DNA of 64,000 nucleotides from an uncultured bacterium (GTDB lineage Bacteria; Babelota; Babeliae; Babelales; Vermiphilaceae): NCBI GenBank assembly GCA_963754845.1, contig CAVWHE010000006.1, positions 15,035 to 79,034 of the forward strand, read 5' to 3'. Shown piece by piece: positions 59,833 to 64,000 of this stretch (position 1 is its first letter; each line of letters starts with the position of its first letter). The notes under the pieces were generated by a model. It saw only the letters and a program-made list of their open reading frames with translations, ran no database searches and was not told where the DNA came from. The position numbers and the translations under genes were made by a program.

Positions 59833-60978
59833 TTACCCGCGAACACCGCCGTGAGCCACAAGAAATTCATGCGCAACCGTATCGTTGCTTGTGATAGCAT
59901 AGTCAAGCGCCGTTCGCCCTGCATTGTCGGTAGCATTGAGACATGCTGGATAGCTGGCGACAAGGAGACGACCAAGCTGCGCCGTGCGAGCATATCCACG
60001 AACATCTTCTGCTGATCGTACCCAGTGATGAAGCGCCGTCATGCCATTGCTGTCACGATCAATCAAACACGAAGGAGCCCTTTCAATGAGGGCGGCTGCT
60101 GTGTCGTACCAGTCGTGACGAGCAGCAAGATGGAGTGGTGTTTGGCCATTGACATGTCTTACATGCACATTGGCTCCGTTCCTGAGGAGCCAGCGCGTCA
60201 TTGTTACGTTGTTTTCGGCGACAGCACGATAAAGGACGGTTGGTGCGTATGAAAATTCATCCGTCCTGAAGTTCACGTCAACACCGTGGCGCAGCAAAAC
60301 ATCCGCCATTGCCACGGCATCGCTGCCTGTCATGAGATGGGGTGAGGCGAGATCTGAGAGCTTATCGCCAAGGCAATCGGGGCCGACGTGAGCGTGATCA
60401 AGAAGAAAATCCATAACGTTGGGCTTGCTCTGAAAAAATGCAACCCTGAGGCAGGCGTTGATCGTTGTACGCCCGTGCATACAGGGATGATTACTGAATA
60501 CATGACGCACGACGGGCATATTCTCCGTTGCGACTGCATCGCCGTAGATGCGCCACGCCGTAGCGTTACTGCATCGCCGAAGGCATGATGTCGCCATCCG
60601 CGGCCACCGGGTTGCTCTTGCCAAGCGGCCGAGCGTTTCATACTCAAGCCAGCGTCTCAGAGGCTTGATCGTGCTTGCAGCAAGAGCCACTACACCAACA
60701 ACCGCCGAAACTGCCGAGAGTTTTTTGTGCCCAGCAATGATGCGCCCACTCTGTGAACCACATCGTTGGATCGTGTCCAAAAATCCCCTCGCCGCGTTCG
60801 CTCCCAGCGTATCGCCGACTGCGAACAACGCGCCAATGAGCACCAATGAACACCCCCATCTTGCACGCCGATATTTACATGATCGCTCGCACGCGGCAGG
60901 TTGTTGCGCCTTGTAAGGCCTGACAGAAACTCCGTCCATGGTACCTCCTGAGAATGAAAATCGCACTATAGGCAACAT
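59833..60978 (-). CDS. Ankyrin-repeat protein with N-terminal hydrophobic segment
   Basis: The TM/signal-like segment is WGCSLVLIGALFAVGDTLGANAA. The C-terminal half carries ANK repeats (TVLYRAVAENNVTMTRWLLRNGANV, TPLHLAARHDWYDTAAALIE, TALHHWV, TALDYAI). Confidence 0.75.
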   Translation of the reverse strand: MLPIVRFSFSGGTMDGVSVRPYKAQQPAACERSCKYRRARWGCSLVLIGALFAVGDTLGANAARGFLDTIQRCGSQSGRIIAGHKKLSAVSAVVGVVALAASTIKPLRRWLEYETLGRLARATRWPRMATSCLRRCSNATAWRIYGDAVATENMPVVRHVFSNHPCMHGRTTINACLRVAFFQSKPNVMDFLLDHAHVGPDCLGDKLSDLASPHLMTGSDAVAMADVLLRHGVDVNFRTDEFSYAPTVLYRAVAENNVTMTRWLLRNGANVHVRHVNGQTPLHLAARHDWYDTAAALIERAPSCLIDRDSNGMTALHHWVRSAEDVRGYARTAQLGRLLVASYPACLNATDNAGRTALDYAITSNDTVAHEFLVAHGGVRG

Positions 60979-61247
60979 TTTGAACCACGCTACAGTTTAT
61001 TGGAGGCTTTTGCTAAAGTACACCGCCCCCCGAGGTGTGAACAAAAGAGTCACCCGGTTGTTGTGCTGCTTGGTGAAATTTGAGTAGTCCGGTACTCGAA
61101 GTCATGCAGTGGGAAAAGTTTTAGGAAAATGAGGAACGGTTGTGGCTGGGAAAGACCAGGATTCGAATATCGATTTCAACAGGCGATTGCCCACGTACGC
61201 GTAGCGTGCGAGATCCGCTGATCTTTGAACTATGGCAGCGATTTTGT

Positions 61248-62714
61248 TTAACTCATCTCCTGATACCTCCTACGCATACTTGTGGCGGTCATTTTTTCAA
61301 GCAGAAGCTCGCACCACACGCTCAATGTGTTGGTGTTTTTGTCGTACGTGGCGATGCATTGGCCGCCGGCCGATACTGCCACGAGATTCTTTTTTTCCAC
61401 ATCAAAAAGGTTGCAACCTGTTAGGGGACTCACGACGTGGACGGTCGTGTCTCTCACTCTGCCCTTGCTTGCCGGAAAGAGTTCTTTGAAGCAGTTTACG
61501 AGTACGTAAGGCCCAGAAAATTCAACCGAAGCGGCGTTGGCAAGCCTCATATGACGTGCAAGGTCCGTTGAAACTTCGCGTATACAGAGAACACGCGGTG
61601 AGCCCGGCGTAGTAGCAAAGCCAGCAAGGTACTGGCCATCATCAACGGTTCCGTAATTCCAGCGATCGCGGGTATGTGGTACTACGAGGCTGTGCTGGCA
61701 AGGAGGCAGAAGATCCACGGTATCGTTGAGAGGATCGATGGTAAATACTTTCGATGAGCCACCGACAAGTGACATCATCGGGACAGCGATCTTTCCGCTT
61801 GCCAGTAACCCACACGGACTATCAAATGCCGGCATATTTTGCGGATCCCTCTGGATCATACGATCGTAGTCTTCGCCCCTCTTCAAGGGCCGACCCGTCG
61901 CAATATCCCAGAGCCTGACGTGTCCGTGCGAATAGGCGAAAATGGCGTTTTTGTGGCGTCCGGCAGAATATTCGTACACGTAGGGATTCCCCAGGGCTAT
62001 ATCGCACAAACGATGTTTTTCCACGAGTTTGGCAAGATCGACAACGCTTATGATGCCTGGTCCTCTGCCGATTACGAGATACTTGTTGTCCGCTGCCATA
62101 AAGTGGTTGACGTACGCCGCCGGCCCTTTGGCCTCCTGAATGAAGGTTCTTATGCGGGGATGCACTTTGCGATTGTCGGCAATGAAGAAAACATCGTATT
62201 CAGCGCGCTTGACTACGTTTCGCGCATGAATGATGACGATGCGTCCATCGACAGATATTTTCATTGAGTGAAAATCGAGGTCGCCAACGTGAGTACGGGG
62301 ACGGCCTTCGGCCGCAGGGACTTCGAGGATAGGCAAATACAGCTTCCTTTCGCAGATGACTCGTGGCGTTCCCGACCATGCACTGTTGTGGCGATACGCC
62401 TGACATATTTTTTCACAGACGTATAACGGCACCTCATTGAGGCGCAAGTTTATTCTGAGGTAGCCCCACGAGGATTTTGGAGTGACATCACCAGAAATAC
62501 CACGGGCAATGGCTGAGGCGGCGATGTCGACGAGACTCGCCACCGTTTTTTCGTCCGCTTCGACGGTAGCGACATCGTTATGGCGTGTGTGCAATGCAGC
62601 GCCACACAACGTGGTTGCCAGCATGCCGAAGACCATAACGTAGAGAAAGTGGGATACGTAGGACATAAAAAATCTCCCCATTGCCAACCAATTATTAAGC
62701 ACGCTCTCCGCCAT
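61248..62714 (-). CDS. Hypothetical membrane-anchored protein, WD40-like beta-propeller pattern
   Basis: The N-terminal hydrophobic segment is FLYVMVFGMLATTLCGAAL. One clear WD-type unit is present (IFAYSHGHVRLWDIATGRPL), and beta-rich periodicity continues through the rest. I recognised no family. Confidence 0.55.
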   Translation of the reverse strand: MAESVLNNWLAMGRFFMSYVSHFLYVMVFGMLATTLCGAALHTRHNDVATVEADEKTVASLVDIAASAIARGISGDVTPKSSWGYLRINLRLNEVPLYVCEKICQAYRHNSAWSGTPRVICERKLYLPILEVPAAEGRPRTHVGDLDFHSMKISVDGRIVIIHARNVVKRAEYDVFFIADNRKVHPRIRTFIQEAKGPAAYVNHFMAADNKYLVIGRGPGIISVVDLAKLVEKHRLCDIALGNPYVYEYSAGRHKNAIFAYSHGHVRLWDIATGRPLKRGEDYDRMIQRDPQNMPAFDSPCGLLASGKIAVPMMSLVGGSSKVFTIDPLNDTVDLLPPCQHSLVVPHTRDRWNYGTVDDGQYLAGFATTPGSPRVLCIREVSTDLARHMRLANAASVEFSGPYVLVNCFKELFPASKGRVRDTTVHVVSPLTGCNLFDVEKKNLVAVSAGGQCIATYDKNTNTLSVWCELLLEKMTATSMRRRYQEMS

Positions 62715-63139
62715 CGCAGGTGCGTGGTGCCAATCGCGACCCTAGATGTTGTTTTACACGCAAAAAGGAATATGTGAAAGTGCTGACAAGTCGGTGCGAG
62801 GCGCGAAGATGGCATCGGAACGGCAAAAGCAAACCGTATCATGCGTTTCTTCTCCGGTCTTGTTCGTGCTGCAAAGGAGTTTCAGGCTCCCTGACAACAT
62901 CTGGCCGCACCCCGAGCATCATGGCGTCTTTCTATGAAGGTTGCGATGCGTCCCCGTGGGGCCTTTTGTAGTGGTTCTCCTGTACAGGTTGACATTTGGC
63001 GAACATACGGTCAGAATTAAGAAGAGTTCTTGTTGGCTGTATCCCAATTCTTCGGAGGGTCTGTCTGTCGGCTAGTTTGGTGGTGGCCGCTGTTCGGTTG
63101 TTTATTTGTTGTCTCCGTTCTGTTTCTCGTTGGATTTTG

Positions 63140-63475
63140 ATGAAAATATACATTGGAAATTTGTCGCACTCCTCTACTGAGGATGGCCTGAGACAGCTGT
63201 TTGAGCAGTTTGGTGCCGTTGTGAGCGTCAAGATTATCAAAGATCAGTTCACCGGGAACTCTCGCGGCTTTGCTTTTGTTGAAATGGCAAGTGCTGACGA
63301 AGGTAAGCGTGCCATTGAAGGCCTCAACGGCGTCGAGTTTGATGGCAGGAGCCTCCGTGTAAATGAGGCTCGCCCTGTTGAAGCGCGCGATGGTGCTCGT
63401 GGTCCTCGTCCTGGAGGCGGCAGCCGACCAGGAGGATTCCCTCCAAGGGGTGGAGGCGACCGCTTCCGCCGTTAA
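63140..63475 (+). CDS. RRM-type glycine/arginine-rich RNA-binding protein
   Basis: MKIYIGNLSHSS is RNP2 and RGFAFVEM is RNP1. The C-terminal tail is GPRPGGGSRPGGFPPRGGGDRFRR. The start ATG 63140 lies inside ORF 62996..63475. Confidence 0.85.
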   Translation: MKIYIGNLSHSSTEDGLRQLFEQFGAVVSVKIIKDQFTGNSRGFAFVEMASADEGKRAIEGLNGVEFDGRSLRVNEARPVEARDGARGPRPGGGSRPGGFPPRGGGDRFRR

Positions 63476-63497
63476 TTAATAATTATTTGTAATCAGG

Positions 63498-63536
63498 CCA
63501 AGGCGAGGAGCACATGTACCTCGCCTTGGTTTTTTT
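63498..63536 (+). terminator. Rho-independent terminator of the RNA-binding-protein gene
   Basis: CCAAGGCGAGG (63498-63508), a 10-nt loop, then CCTCGCCTTGG (63519-63529), followed by T7. Confidence 0.8.
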
Positions 63537-64000
63537 AATTGCGTAGCACGCGTTTACTCACTCGGGGAAATTACTCTGTGAGCACAATTATTTTTTTTGA
63601 TTATTTTCTGTGCTCGCTGTAGGCTAAGGGCATGTGCGCATTTGTATTATAAACTTTTTGCGAATCTTTCTCATGCGAGGTTATACCATGTCGATTCGTT
63701 TGTGGTTAGCGTTCTTCGTGCTTGCGCCGCTCACGTTCGTTGAGGTTCTGTGTAGCCAACCGCCGGCTTGATCACCGCTACTTCCACCGCCTCGCGGCAA
63801 ATTCAATTTGGGCTCAAGCTGCTCTGGTAATGGAATTTCGGCTAGGATTTTAGTAGCCCATGTTTACCCCGGCGCTCACTTGTATTGGCGGCAGGCAAGC
63901 TGGCTGTTCGGGCGGGCAGGGATTTATTCGGCGACAGACCTGGAGCACGTTCGGTTCGGATGCTGACGAAAGTTGAAGTGGTCGAGTTGAGGAATCAGCG

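Noticed and set aside
61141-61170. tRNA-like 3-prime fragment (…GGGAAAGACCAGGATTCGAA…) that might mark an integration site
   Set aside because: Only a T-loop-like 9-mer plus a plausible T-stem/acceptor half is present, and the partner stem is absent. A GGATTCGAA 9-mer is expected by chance about once in a window this size on two strands. No integrase or direct repeat is nearby.
62989-63017. TTGACA-17 nt-CAGAAT upstream of the RRM protein gene as a promoter
   Set aside because: The -10 element is weak and the assignment rests on one hexamer, so it is not reported as a feature.
63688-63771. 27-codon ORF starting MSIRLWLAFFVLAPLTFVEVLC (signal-peptide-like) near the right edge
   Set aside because: It stops after 27 codons. 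I could not find a convincing continuation in another frame or on the other strand before the window ends, so this is too little to call.

Overview
This is a bacterial chromosomal window of about 50% GC, gene-dense and coded mostly on the minus strand. The backbone is housekeeping. It holds a tolQ-tolR-tolA-tolB cluster at the left edge, a potABCD spermidine/putrescine importer, and prmC, pepA, rplU, kup, der, dnaX, rpsB, ruvA and orn. It also holds tRNA-Ser(GGA), tRNA-Cys(GCA) and tRNA-Leu(UAA), a lemA/DUF2207 pair, an RRM-type RNA-binding protein, and a five-gene TolC/MFP/two-permease/ATPase efflux operon.

Between these genes lies accessory material typical of a host-associated or intracellular diderm:
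- Three ankyrin-repeat proteins.
- A signal-peptide protein with four eukaryote-type C2H2 zinc fingers.
- A signal-peptide protein combining a Cys-His-Asp thiol-protease (UCH/Josephin-like) domain with a degenerate Nudix-like domain, next to a frameshifted paralog.
- Two WD40-like propellers, one of them very Cys-rich.
- An 1120-aa membrane-anchored orphan protein.
- One intact IS5-family element and one decayed IS30-family element.

Two regions stand out:
- At 2976-10237 there is a co-directional trio. It consists of a pentameric ligand-gated ion channel homolog, a 1580-aa protein (degenerate PPP-phosphatase-like module plus three tandem type-1 periplasmic-binding domains), and a short paralog of that N-terminal module.
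- At 10497-12827 there is a 2.3-kb non-coding mosaic palindrome. It is built from tandem composite units of short GC-rich hairpin modules.

Several otherwise conserved genes are interrupted: dnaX, lemA, a GT11-like glycosyltransferase, and the IS30 transposase. This indicates either gene decay/recoding or consensus errors. All calls rest on reading the translated ORFs and the DNA by eye; no database search was run.
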